Shown piece by piece: positions 12,706 to 24,160 of a DNA stretch of 64,000 bases; position 1 is the stretch's first letter, and each line of letters starts with the position of its first letter. The notes under the pieces are model-generated. The model saw nothing but the letters and a program-made list of their open reading frames with translations. It had not been told where the DNA came from and searched no databases. This stretch comes from Syncephalis fuscata S228 (taxonomy: Eukaryota; Fungi; Zoopagomycota): assembly GCA_025786725.1 (NCBI GenBank), contig JAHLTZ010000003.1:186001-250000 (forward strand). The letters run 5' to 3'. A program made the position numbers and the translations under genes.

Positions 12706-14336
12706 TTTAATATTAATTAGCTATAATTAAATGATACGTCATTAATTCAGCTTTCGTTAATTTTGTTTACACAAATGGATAAAGAATATCAACAGATAAT
12801 GTTAATAAAATATTTTTAAGTCATCAGTGGAACAAAACGTAAGGAAAAAACAATAAAAACTAATCACGCTTTACTGTGGCTACTATTACCGCAGCTGTAG
12901 CTATTATTTGTTGTTGTTATATTAAAATAGCAATGGAAGAGGTGACATGCATTTCCTATGTCACAGAAATACTAAAAAACGAATTTAATTGCAGAAAAAC
13001 GTAGGGGAAATAAACAGAGAAGCAAATGTACGGTCGACCCCAGCAGTTAATATATGACACTATGCATAAGACTACGGATAAATAAACGAAACAGCCGGAA
13101 GATACTGTCCAAGGTCGCTGTAGCTGTTATAGCCAGCTTTTGCTGCAGAACTGGATATAGAAATGGTGTTGTTTTAATAGCGTCGAAGGAGTGTGCAGGC
13201 CAGAAATGTACTAATGCAATTAATAAAACCAAATTTTTACGCAAATTAGGCCTGCTCATGCACCACAAGGCTACAGCGTTACTGCGACCATTGATGGCAT
13301 TCATGGAAAGTCTATGGAAAAAGACAAAATAGGACTCGAGTGTAGTGGGTTTCAAAGCTGTAACACAAATGCAAAAGGTGGCCAGTTTTGCTAGCAAGCA
13401 CGAAGTGTTCTTTTCTTTTCTTCAGCAACAAAAAAGCTTCAATAGCTATAGTCTCCTTAGTGGCTATGCTCTTTTCTATCGATAGATTTTATAAGAATAT
13501 ATCAGTTAGAAAAGCCAATGATTGCACTAACAAACTATCTACTACCGAGATACTAGCTGGAGAAACAGCAATGGGCGGATAGGGAGACATTTATTAATGA
13601 TCGGACAGCTATGGATTAATGAGTAAATGAAACATGTATTATTAGCAAATAAAACATTTATGACTTTTCATAGTGTAAATAAATATTAGCTAGAATTGGC
13701 ACAGACTATCGTATGATCACTCAAGCAATCAATGCTATGCGTCATAATGTATTCTTATAGAGGCGTACGTGGTGCCGGCGTGTACTTTTATGGGGAACAT
13801 GCACAATACTGGTTTGTTTTACGCCGTGTTGTTATTGATAGAAGGCCAGTTGGAAATAGAAACATTCTTGCCGTCTTACCACTAAGACCATGACATCATG
13901 TGGTTTTAGTCCTGACTTGACTGACAATCTTGACAACCATTTAGAACATGCCATTACTGCGAACAGCTAATAGCATTGCACTAGTTCTTGGCTAATTGAT
14001 GTCAATGCTATGGAATTTCTGTACTTATCTTAAACATTGTTTGAAGTCTATATTGTGTAATAAATGGTCAAATTGGCAGTGGCAATACCATTAACGATTC
14101 TTGGCATCCACACATCGTCTTCTGATTGGTACTAGGCATTGTAAGTGACCACTAACTTGTTTATCCTGAACTCGATATAAATCCACCAACTACGCACCAC
14201 TCACTAGCACAGCCACTTTCTTCTCCACTTACCTTGTTTCTTCTATAGCTAGCTAGTCGACCAACTCACTGTTTTATTCTAAATATCCTACCATTCCCTA
14301 CTTTAACAACAAGTTACATATATATAGCGTAGCAGC

Positions 14337-16421
14337 ATGACGGATAGCCAATATCCGGGCGTGGTGGGTGCCACTGGTAAGCTGTGACCGTCACATATTC
14401 TATTTATTAATTAACCTGTTATTACTACCATGATACGTAATAGATACAGTTGCAAATCGCTATCAAAGTGTGCCCCAGCACGAGTTCACTGATGAAAAGA
14501 CGTATGATGGCCAGCGTGACTGGAGAGATGATATTGCAGAAGCGCAGAAAAATCACCAGGTGCATCGTCGAGCCCGCTGTAAACGAGTGCTGCTAGGCAT
14601 GGCGGCTGCCGCTGTATGCTAACGCCGATGGCTTTTATTGGCCTGATGCGTCATCATCGGGGCCATAACTGCCAGCACAATGGCGATAGCCGCCTTAATA
14701 GCGTATCCTATGGTCAGCTAGGCACATGGCTTGGCCAGATAAATGAACGGTCTTGCGATCATCAGCTGAGCGCAGACGCTGCCGAATGGTACAATGAAGG
14801 CACTCTTGCTGGTCTCAATGGCACTATACCAATTCCGCCCGTATTCAGAGATGATAAGAAGCATGGAAACATGGAAACATGGAAAACATGGAAAACATGA
14901 TCACGATAAGAAGAAAAAGAAAGATAAATGGGTAGCTTTCAATGGTAATGGTCAATTCTACGTTGATCCAGCGAACTGGAACCAATTGGACTTTACCGTC
15001 AAGGCTTGTCATTCATGGGCATGGGTTACTGTTGGCCATGAAGCTGCCAAAGATCCACCAAGTGAAGACCCACCAAGTGAAGACCCACCTAAAGAAGATC
15101 CACCAAGTGAAGACCCACCTAAAGAAGACCCACCAAGTGAAGACCCACCAAGTGGAGATTTACTATTGAACATTCCTTCTAGTCCAGTAATTCCAGAATT
15201 CTTTAAACAATTAGAAGGTGACGATGATGGCGGCGATGATAAAGACCATCAAAATGATATAGTTGTTACTTTTAAAGCCTACCTGGCTGATGAAAAACTT
15301 CAAGATACAGTTCGTGTTGTAGAAGAACAAAACGAAGAAGGCCAATACTCCTGGCGTCTAGAAACAGTACAAGGAGATAAAGACCACGAACAATTGGATA
15401 ACGATAAAGAGCATCCTAAGCCTCCGCCACATCATCCAGGTCATCCTCATCCACCGCACCATCATCCAAAACATCCAAGCATCCAAAACATTCCAAGGAC
15501 ATTCAAGTAGTTGTTAAATTGCATATTCAATTACCATCCTCGTTATCTTCATTGGATGCACTCCGTATGGGTATTCGTACCGGCGCTATTCATGTCCCAT
15601 CACTTAAAGATGTACAATTGGGCGACTTTAAGGCTGGTGCAGTCATGGGTCGTGTCCATGTTGGAGAAGTGAACGCTGTCTCTAGTATTGAATTAGGCAC
15701 AGTTGCTGGTGCTGTTATTCTTTACAAATCTCAGGCTGAACTCATTAAGGTTGGCAGTGTAAGTGGACTTGTCCATGTAACAAGTGTATCAAGCCGTGAA
15801 ACACTCGAAGTCGGTACAGTATCAGGTGATGTCGTTGTCCACCATGCCGATGCATCGGACGCCCTTGTGAAAGCAGGTTCAGTTTCGGGTACAAGCATGA
15901 TTGTCGATGTTCTGGCAGGCCGATTTTACGCTGGTTCAGCCAGTGGTCCAGTTAGCATCTACGCCAATGTATCTGAGACGGCCAGAGTCAAGACAGTTAG
16001 TGGCCATATACGCGGCCACATCAACTATGTTCCACACGAAGACGAAGAAGCCTTCCAGTCTAGAGTTTTTTACGACGAAGCCGTGACAAGCGATGTCGTT
16101 GACTTTACAGATATGGACGAGCCAGCCACTATACTGGCCCGTGCAGTCAGCGGTGATATCAATCTTTATGTTGTAAGTAACTAATTTATTCTACATGCTT
16201 TTTGTTAAACACAATACACGTTATAGGCTCATGGCTATAAAGGTCCGTTCGAACTTGCATCCATTCACGGAAAGCTATCGGTAAATGGTCCGCGTGTTCA
16301 TGTTGAGTCTGAGACTAGATTTGGTAAAAAAGGCTATGTTGGCGATGAAGGAGACAGTGATAATGGCCAATTGGTATCAGCACGTAGTGTGAACGGTGCT
16401 ATTTCAGTTAAATTTGATTAA
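14337..16421 (+). CDS. Type II membrane protein with DUF4097/putative adhesin beta-repeat ectodomain
   Basis: One N-proximal TM segment (VLLGMAAAAV), His/Pro-rich linkers, and repeated G(S/T)VSGxV beta motifs ending ARSVNGAISVKFD*. Two introns and several frameshifts. Confidence 0.75.
15052..15153 (+). repeat. 15-bp coding tandem repeat (EDPPS/EDPPK)
   Basis: gaagacccaccaagt / gaagacccacctaaa units, about 7 copies. Confidence 0.9.
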
Positions 16422-16604
16422 TCGACCATATGTTGCATATATATATATATACAGCTACATATCACTAGTCATTTGGTCTTTGTGAATAGTTATTGATTGA
16501 CAATAAACAAGTTTACTACGAATAATCATAAAGTGTAAAATATAAGTAATTATTCAGCTGTCTGTTTTAGTTATATCAAGATATTACATTAATGTTAGAT
16601 AATT

Positions 16605-17200
16605 CAGCGTGATTTGGTGTCAAATGATTAAATTTAATAACATTCGCGTAATTGAACTACACATTTAATCTATTGAACATGGGACAAGTGGTGAGTTTTA
16701 TTTAATCGTCACATTATTACATTTATTGTGATTTGGTGGTCAAATGACTAACATCTAATAACATCCAACCATTGAACATGATGATGAGTGGTTAGTGACA
16801 TCAATCCAAAATACTCATTATTGTAATTCGTTATCCAGTACACATATATCCACCATTTACTTATATTGTTTCTTTCTATTTCATACTACTGTATACTAAT
16901 CTACGATATACTAGACACATTCTATTGTTTATATATTCTAATATCACCACTCATTCCACTCATTGCTATATATGCACTATAACTTTGACACTACTATTCA
17001 TACACTTTTCATTGTATATTCATTCTATTCTATATCGTTTTATGAGCATCCAACCTTCCTCTGCCCAAACTATTATTATTTCTGCTATAGCTTTATTATT
17101 AATAAATTCGACTCATCTCATTCATTTTTACTCATTAAACTATATTGCTGGAACACACCATATAAGTACACGTAGATTTATTATCTTAGTAAGATAGATA
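16605..17200 (+). repeat. Dispersed repeat family B, copy 1
   Basis: Aligns with 40232-40830 (tctattgaacat, gtcaaatgactaacat, aaatactcattattgta, caccatttactta). Has an internal ~120-bp duplication and ends in a signal-peptide-like ORF (MSIQPSSAQTIIISAIALLLINST). Confidence 0.85.
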
Positions 17201-17239
17201 TTAAGTCAACTATCAATAGCTATTTATGGCTGGATTAGT

Positions 17240-17520
17240 TGCTGTTAGTGGGTTATGATTTTGATAGTATCTAAGTCAAGTGATGAGGCATATATAGCAA
17301 TAACAAGTTCAAAAGAAAATAGATTGGTATAAAAGCGAGAGGCTACTAATAAAGTTGATGTAAATAGCAATAATGCAATACTGTGCAATATAATGATGTA
17401 TGTAAATAAAGGATACATGCATACTGGATAATGAATCTCTAATGATGAGTATTTGATGATTGATGTCATTCACCATCCATCATCATGTTCAATAGATTGA
17501 ATGTCTAGTTAAATTACGAG
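17240..17520 (-). repeat. Dispersed repeat family B, copy 2 (inverted relative to copy 1)
   Basis: Reverse complement reads tctattgaacatgatgatggatggtgaatgacatcaatcatcaaatactcat, matching 40373-40425. Confidence 0.85.
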
Positions 17521-18487
17521 AATATTATCACTTGTAATTGTTTGACCTTCAGCTTTGGCGCCATAATCATTATTATTAGCACCATGTTATTAATCTGCAT
17601 GACTGAAGCTACTACGCAATTGGCTTTCTTTCTCTACCGTCTAAATCTTCTGCATCTTTGTTCTGCTGTCGTTTTTGTAATTATTTAACATATAAAATAG
17701 CTGAAGGGGCGATGCTTGTTTCATTCATGTTTTATTTTGCTTCTACTTTAGCTTTGTACAATAAGTTAAAAGAAAACTATTTATCAATATTATTATCAAT
17801 GATTCAATTTAAGTATAGTGTAAATGTAATTAGATATTATCGTGATCGGCAGCTAAGATTACCGATCCGATCACTTATGAATACTGGCAACATGGCTTCG
17901 CAACCAGTCATCCGCTCAGTGCTACCAGGTTCTTCCATCCCCTCCCCACTACGCTGTATTAACAGACTTTGTTAGCATAAGTGAGAAAAGAACGAACGGC
18001 TATTGTCGTCCTACATATCAATCAGTGCGCAGTAGACGTATTGCTTCGTTGGACGAATGAAATGCCCCAATAAGGATCGTATGATGATAACGCAGTACAG
18101 ATAGATAAACAATGGAAGGATTAATGGCCAGACTGTTTTGCTATCATCATTTTAATCTTTTCTGTCCACGCACCCATTCCCATTGAATTATACAACCATA
18201 ACTTGCTATCTTACGCCATTCTTTATCTTTGGATGAGTGTAATATCTCTATTGGGCGATTCGGCATCAAAACTAACTGCTATTCCGAGGCTACAGCATAA
18301 TACCGATAGTAATAGTAGCAATTAGCACCAGTCTAGCGTCGTCTTTCCTTTACCATTCCTCTTGGTCCGTTGTTGATTCATTTGACTGCTTAGTAGTGAC
18401 CGCTATCAGTTTGTATCTTTACTTTCTCTTCCTCTACTCTTTACACTTTTTGACTATTGGTAGTATTTAACTTTATCATAGTACAAT

Positions 18488-20410
18488 ATGGACCGACCAC
18501 CGGCTTGTCATCTACCGGCTTTGGAACGGCCGCGTTTCGATCGCTTGCCGTTGGAGCTGCGAATCTATCACATTTATGCCATATTGCCGGTCGACACGCT
18601 AGCCCGTTGTCGTGCTGTGTCACGCCACTGGCAATCGGTTGTTGACGAAGCTCTGGAGAAGGCACACCCTTATCAGCGTGCTTTTGCCTTGCGCGAATTA
18701 CTCGACGCTAGTACTGGCCAGAGCTCGCGAAGAACAGGCCAGCGCCAGGCCAGCACCAAACATGCATTGCCACAGCATTGTTTGTCGATGTCATCGATTG
18801 CTATGGGGCAACACTCAATTTCCTCGATACCAGCAGCTGCTAGAGGATTTCCACTACTATCACTTGATGCATGGGAGACAGCTTTCTATGCATTGGGCGT
18901 ACCACGACAATTTACCAACTGGTTTCGAAGTGTGCGTCTTGGCATATTGAATGGTGCACGTACGCGGCCGACAAACAGTAAAACTGCTTTGTCGACATCA
19001 TCAGCAAATAGTAATAGTGCTACTACAAATAATACGAATAGAAATGCCGATAGCGATCGACGTCATCATACCAGAAATACTGATAGGTCATCGCCTTGGA
19101 AAGCGCGTGCATTATTAGAGGAGACGGAAGCACTGTGTTTCTTGTATCGCGTATGCTATGGCATAGCAAGTCGTGCACGCTACACTGAAGTGGAAGATAT
19201 ACAGAGTGGGCTATGTGCTAACTATCTACGTCTTGCTATGGATATGTATGATCGGCTGCACGAAGCAGTTGATGCTATGGAAGTAGAAATGTCAAATGAA
19301 AACCAAACATCTTGTGATAGTTCTTTAGGCCAGTCTCAACAGCCAGTATCGTCTATAACTCAAGAAAACTACAGCACGGATACATCATCTACAGTTAATA
19401 GTGAGAATACCGCAGCTGACAGCGAACAACAGCAACAACAACAACAAAGTAGACGTTATGAAAAGAGCAGTTTTAGCACTTATGGAAATACTGACATATC
19501 TTTAGTCACTACGACTTTGGACTGGATTGATGTATTAAAACAGCAACAACAACGTATTTTTACAGAAATGCTTCAATTGCTGGCCATGGCGCCACGCTTT
19601 TTATTAAGATATCCTTCATTTTGTTTTATTTTTCTTTCTAAACTTTTTTCGGCATTTACAATGCTACCAATTGTTGCTGCGCGTTCGCTGGCTTGCGTAG
19701 TACATGGCATTGTTGCACTGCCTGATGGTGTAGTGACTATAAAAGAACTAGACACGCTACTTACCTGTCTGGCGGGAAAGGAGCCATTGGCACTTTCGTT
19801 ATTGGCCCGACACCAACTATTGCTACGTTATGAATCACTTATTGGCCCAGAAGAAGCCAATGCCTGTAGAATGGATTTGGATGAGTTACGTCGATTAATT
19901 TTAGACACTACCAATGATACAACAGTACCAGAAGCATCTACGATAATCGATGCAAACGTGCTGACGGTCAAAACGACATCAGAAAATGTTGATATCGTAG
20001 AGACGGGCCAAGTTGCAGCAACAATAGCAGCACCAACACCGCTTGGCATTTCCATTCCATTAATGGCTGAGGATGAAGATACGGCAGCCAAATTATTATT
20101 TGATAACGAAGACAATTCGCCTCCATCCCCAACAGGATCGTTTGCTTCACTGGCGTCATTTTCTTCACCAGGATCGCCTATTTTATCGAATGTTACAATC
20201 AATAGAGCACCGGTGGCAAATGGATCGGCCGAACAGCGCCTAATATGGCTATTCGAGCACGTTACCGCTCTGGCCGTCCCACAACAACCCGAAATTGCTC
20301 AGTCACCACAACGCTTACATGCCGATGCTATTATGCCGTTTATTAATGAGTTTGAAATGCTACTTAGCCGGTGTGCGACCACAGCTATGAAATCACCGGT
20401 TGTTAATTAG
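18488..20410 (+). CDS. F-box domain protein
   Basis: Intact intronless 640-aa ORF with N-terminal FDRLPLELRIYHIYAILPVDTLARCRAVSRHWQSVVD. Confidence 0.85.
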   Translation: MDRPPACHLPALERPRFDRLPLELRIYHIYAILPVDTLARCRAVSRHWQSVVDEALEKAHPYQRAFALRELLDASTGQSSRRTGQRQASTKHALPQHCLSMSSIAMGQHSISSIPAAARGFPLLSLDAWETAFYALGVPRQFTNWFRSVRLGILNGARTRPTNSKTALSTSSANSNSATTNNTNRNADSDRRHHTRNTDRSSPWKARALLEETEALCFLYRVCYGIASRARYTEVEDIQSGLCANYLRLAMDMYDRLHEAVDAMEVEMSNENQTSCDSSLGQSQQPVSSITQENYSTDTSSTVNSENTAADSEQQQQQQQSRRYEKSSFSTYGNTDISLVTTTLDWIDVLKQQQQRIFTEMLQLLAMAPRFLLRYPSFCFIFLSKLFSAFTMLPIVAARSLACVVHGIVALPDGVVTIKELDTLLTCLAGKEPLALSLLARHQLLLRYESLIGPEEANACRMDLDELRRLILDTTNDTTVPEASTIIDANVLTVKTTSENVDIVETGQVAATIAAPTPLGISIPLMAEDEDTAAKLLFDNEDNSPPSPTGSFASLASFSSPGSPILSNVTINRAPVANGSAEQRLIWLFEHVTALAVPQQPEIAQSPQRLHADAIMPFINEFEMLLSRCATTAMKSPVVN

Positions 20411-20649
20411 CTACGTGATTTTGACATATTGTACACGAAAATGGATTATACAAAACATATATATCATAAATAAAAACGTTAGTTACAATACTTAATACAA
20501 TAATGTGAATACTACTTGCTTGAATACTCCATTTCTCCTCTTACCTGCCCACCCATCTACGGGGGAAAATATCAAATTTCTAAGAAAGACTGGCTATTCT
20601 GTTCAAAATGAAAGAATATTTAATCCTCCTCAAAAGTGCAGAAGTGTGA

Positions 20650-21110
20650 CTATCCGCATAACTGTAAAGAAGTTGGTGATTGGCTGGTTTCATGTCTGAA
20701 TTCAATCAGACTTTTATCACAATTTCTTGCTTTGTGCGTAAAAACATCGTGTATGTTCTTAGCTGCCATTACATCACGATTCCATATTATATGACAAGAT
20801 TAGCATTGGAGTACGGCATGCATTTTACGCTTTGATTTAATAGTTATCACGTTTTCCAGTTTCTTTCTTTACACCCATTACAAACCTGACTTGTTAAATA
20901 TTCATCAACGTAAATAAATTCAACAGAGCCATTGGAATTATTGACCAATTGCTTGATAGCTTCGGTGATTCTTCGTGTAGGGACAGATGATTTTTCTTTT
21001 ATAGACGTGCCAAAGTTACCATCACTAAAACAATGATTGTTTTCTTGTAAGATGTAGAGTCAGTCATCATCACAATAATACTTGGAACTTTTTTTAGAAA
21101 GTAAGCCAAA
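20650..21110 (-). pseudogene. Fanzor (eukaryotic TnpB-like RNA-guided nuclease) C-terminal remnant
   Basis: Minus-strand translation across two frameshifts: KKTIIV/FSDGNFGTSIKEKSSVPTRRITEAIKQL...FIYVDEYLTSQVCNGCKER/KLENVITIKSKRKMHAVLQC*SCHIIWNRDVMAAKNIHDVF. This shows the RuvC-II DE, a CxxC...CxxC zinc finger and the RuvC-III NRD. There is an in-frame stop and no N-terminal region. Confidence 0.85.
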
Positions 21111-22139
21111 TATGTATATAAATAACGAAATGATCACACTTGTCGTGACCATATCACTTGCTCAACAAGCGATTACCAAATGATTCAACATATGACTCAA
21201 CCACATCATCTATACAATTACAACATCATTACATATATAGCTATTATCAAAGTACCAGGCGTAATCACCTGATACTTCGCCTAATATCCCTTCCTTACCT
21301 TCCTTCAGTGATATAATATATATTGAACATTAATTCTACACACCAATAATAAGTTAACTTTCCATTCACATCTCTAAATGCGTACTTTTAACATCTTTCA
21401 ACTGCTGTGTCTACTCAAATTGTCTAACCAACTGTTTTGTCCTATTTAACATTCTACTTTGCAACACTGTATTCTTTAATAATGATTGAAATAAAAGTAG
21501 ATAGCATTAATTGAATTTACAAGTTACGTATTATACACTTGAACTATGACTATTACACTTTAACATGTTTATCGCTGAAAATTTGACACATTGTAAAAAT
21601 TCCACACTCAATCTGATAACACGTTATTTTAATACGTAGCTATGTTAAAAATGTAACTATAGCCTAAATATAAATTATAGCATTATAGCACACCTAGCAC
21701 ATAATAGCAATAACAATTTACTAAATCCAAAGATGAATAACTTTACTAACTATCCGACGAATATATATATTTTACATTTATTTGTTGCAAATATTTTTCT
21801 ATGTCTTTTTCACATGTTACAACTTTTACAAATTAAGCCATTAAAATTTTTAAAAATTGCAGACATAGACTATCTTCACTTTTAAATCAATTACGGTCAC
21901 ACACAAAAGGCAATACTACGATGTTAACTTTTAATATTTACACCAAAGTAGTTACAAGAGAAATAGCCGACTAAAAAGTAAAAGCTTATTAAGTAACTAG
22001 AGCTATCGCGTAAACTAAAACTTAGTGCTAGTTGCCTGTGGCATTATCAAACAGCTGATGATAAAAATATATACGCTTACTTAATATCATTTACGTTTAA
22101 ACGTAGTAAAATTACTTAAGAGTTTAAAGAAACAAGGCA

Positions 22140-22885
22140 TGTTTAAAATGTAAACTGACGAAATATATAGCAAAGAGAGCAACCCAGCAATAGAGAAACA
22201 ACAATACATATAGTTAATACAGTTACCGTGTTGGCTCCTGTGCACGTACAATAGTAGCAACAGCAACAGATTGCACTACCACTGTTGAAATTGCAAAGCA
22301 GTTGCCAAATTGCTTGCAATAGTAATCCATAATAAATTAAATTATACAACAAGATTTTTGCAATATATATTTAGCATAACATATAAACAAGTCAGGAATG
22401 TACTTATTAATTTAATAAAAATGCAAAATGCAATAATTGAAGTAATGAAGGTGATTTGCATAAAGAGGTAAGATTACAAAAGAGCAATGCAAATACATAA
22501 TGTAAATAGTGTATATACTTGACTAGTAGTTAGTCAACTACTGACATCATTTATATTATATATATATGGAGTGTACAAGTATATGTAATGGATATATGCT
22601 ATCAAGTGTAAAGAAAAAGAAAGGGAAATGTGGTGACGTAGATTGTGATTTGTGGTCCCTGTCAGTCGATATTTATAAACAGCCGAGTTTGACTTATTAA
22701 TAAATGGAGTGTAAATAATAAAAGTCAATCTACCCAACATGTCGGTACATCATAGAACATATTAATAGTAAATACATTAAGAATAAAGGTAATTTATTCC
22801 TCAAAACTATTCATTATCATAGAATATATATTCAGTATAATAGCAAGTATAATAAAAGAATAAAAGTCATTTTACGTCAAATTAC
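22140..22885 (-). repeat. Dispersed repeat family A, copy 1
   Basis: Reverse complement contains the conserved head ttttattatttacactccatttattaat...tgtttataaatatygactgacagg...tcacaatctacgtca...tttccctttc, also seen near 32260, 56530 and 61810-61940. Boundaries approximate. Confidence 0.88.
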
Positions 22886-24160
22886 TATCTGTTACCTGAT
22901 CAGCATACATTACATCACATTCCCTTTTTATTATTTTCTTAAATCCCTTTACTGCTTTGTTGCATCAAATATCAAACTGTTATATAGCTTAAGGAAGCAG
23001 CAAAGAAGGAAAATAGTATGATATATATTTATAAGATATTAGATGGTATTTTTAGCATTTCTACCCAACGCGTTTGTTGATATTTACTAAGCCAAGCCGT
23101 TTAGATATAGTAAAAATGTTACCAATATGATTTTTTGAAAGATGTAACAGGATTCTTTTAAGCTGTGATGAAATTTTGGCGTAAGAATAAGCAGCGGTAA
23201 GATCTTTAGCTTCAAAGGTATTGTGCAAAACATTTAAATAGTCGTCTGCTAGCTTCTTCAGAAGTAATGCGTTTAAAGACATGGCAATAATAAAAGTTAA
23301 AATAAATGCCAAATATAATTTTATAATAGAGTGGTAAAAAAATCACTGAAATTCAATCTGTTGGGAGAAGAATGGCTAATTGTCAACTTTAAGGTGTATA
23401 AATGTTTAAACATTTATACGTAAAAGTGGGCAAAATAGCTAGTATCTGAAGGCAGGTTAAAGTTAATAGCATAATATAAATAAAGTGCAATGAGATGATT
23501 GCATACATTGTTTAAGTGAATTAAAACGACATGAAAGAGAGGTATAGTTTACGTGTTAGTTTGATGCGCAACGTAACGTAGGTGGACTGAAACAATATAA
23601 AAAGCGGCATAGTTTACATAGCAGTTTGTTATTAGAATGATAAAAATAAAGGCATTAAAGATAATACAGAAGGAATGTTTGTGATATTTACTGATTAAAT
23701 AAGCAATAAATTACAGATGATACTTTTCAACACATATAAACATTTGCCCCATTATGAGTTACAATAAATACCAGTACAATACCAGTACGCAGTAATTCGC
23801 TAATATTATTCAGTGTTAATTTACTTAGGCGTTATTTGATATAATCATCTACATACTGTAATAAATAATAGCTTAGAGACACATTATATTAGCAGATTCA
23901 TTAACCTTAATGTTTACTAAAGTATAAAAGAAAGGTGTTTTTGGATAATTGAATATTATTAAACTAATCGTTAATTCAACACGGCAGCCGACTGCCTATT
24001 AATCTAAAAAATAGGCCTTCAAAGTAGAAGCAGACAGCACAATGAGAACGCGCAGTAAGAATAAGTCGAAATAAGAGGCAAGTATAAAACACTAATGACA
24101 ACGTGGCTACTCAATCAGCCAGATTTCAACAAACCAGCAAGGCAAAAGCTATAGGCGCGT

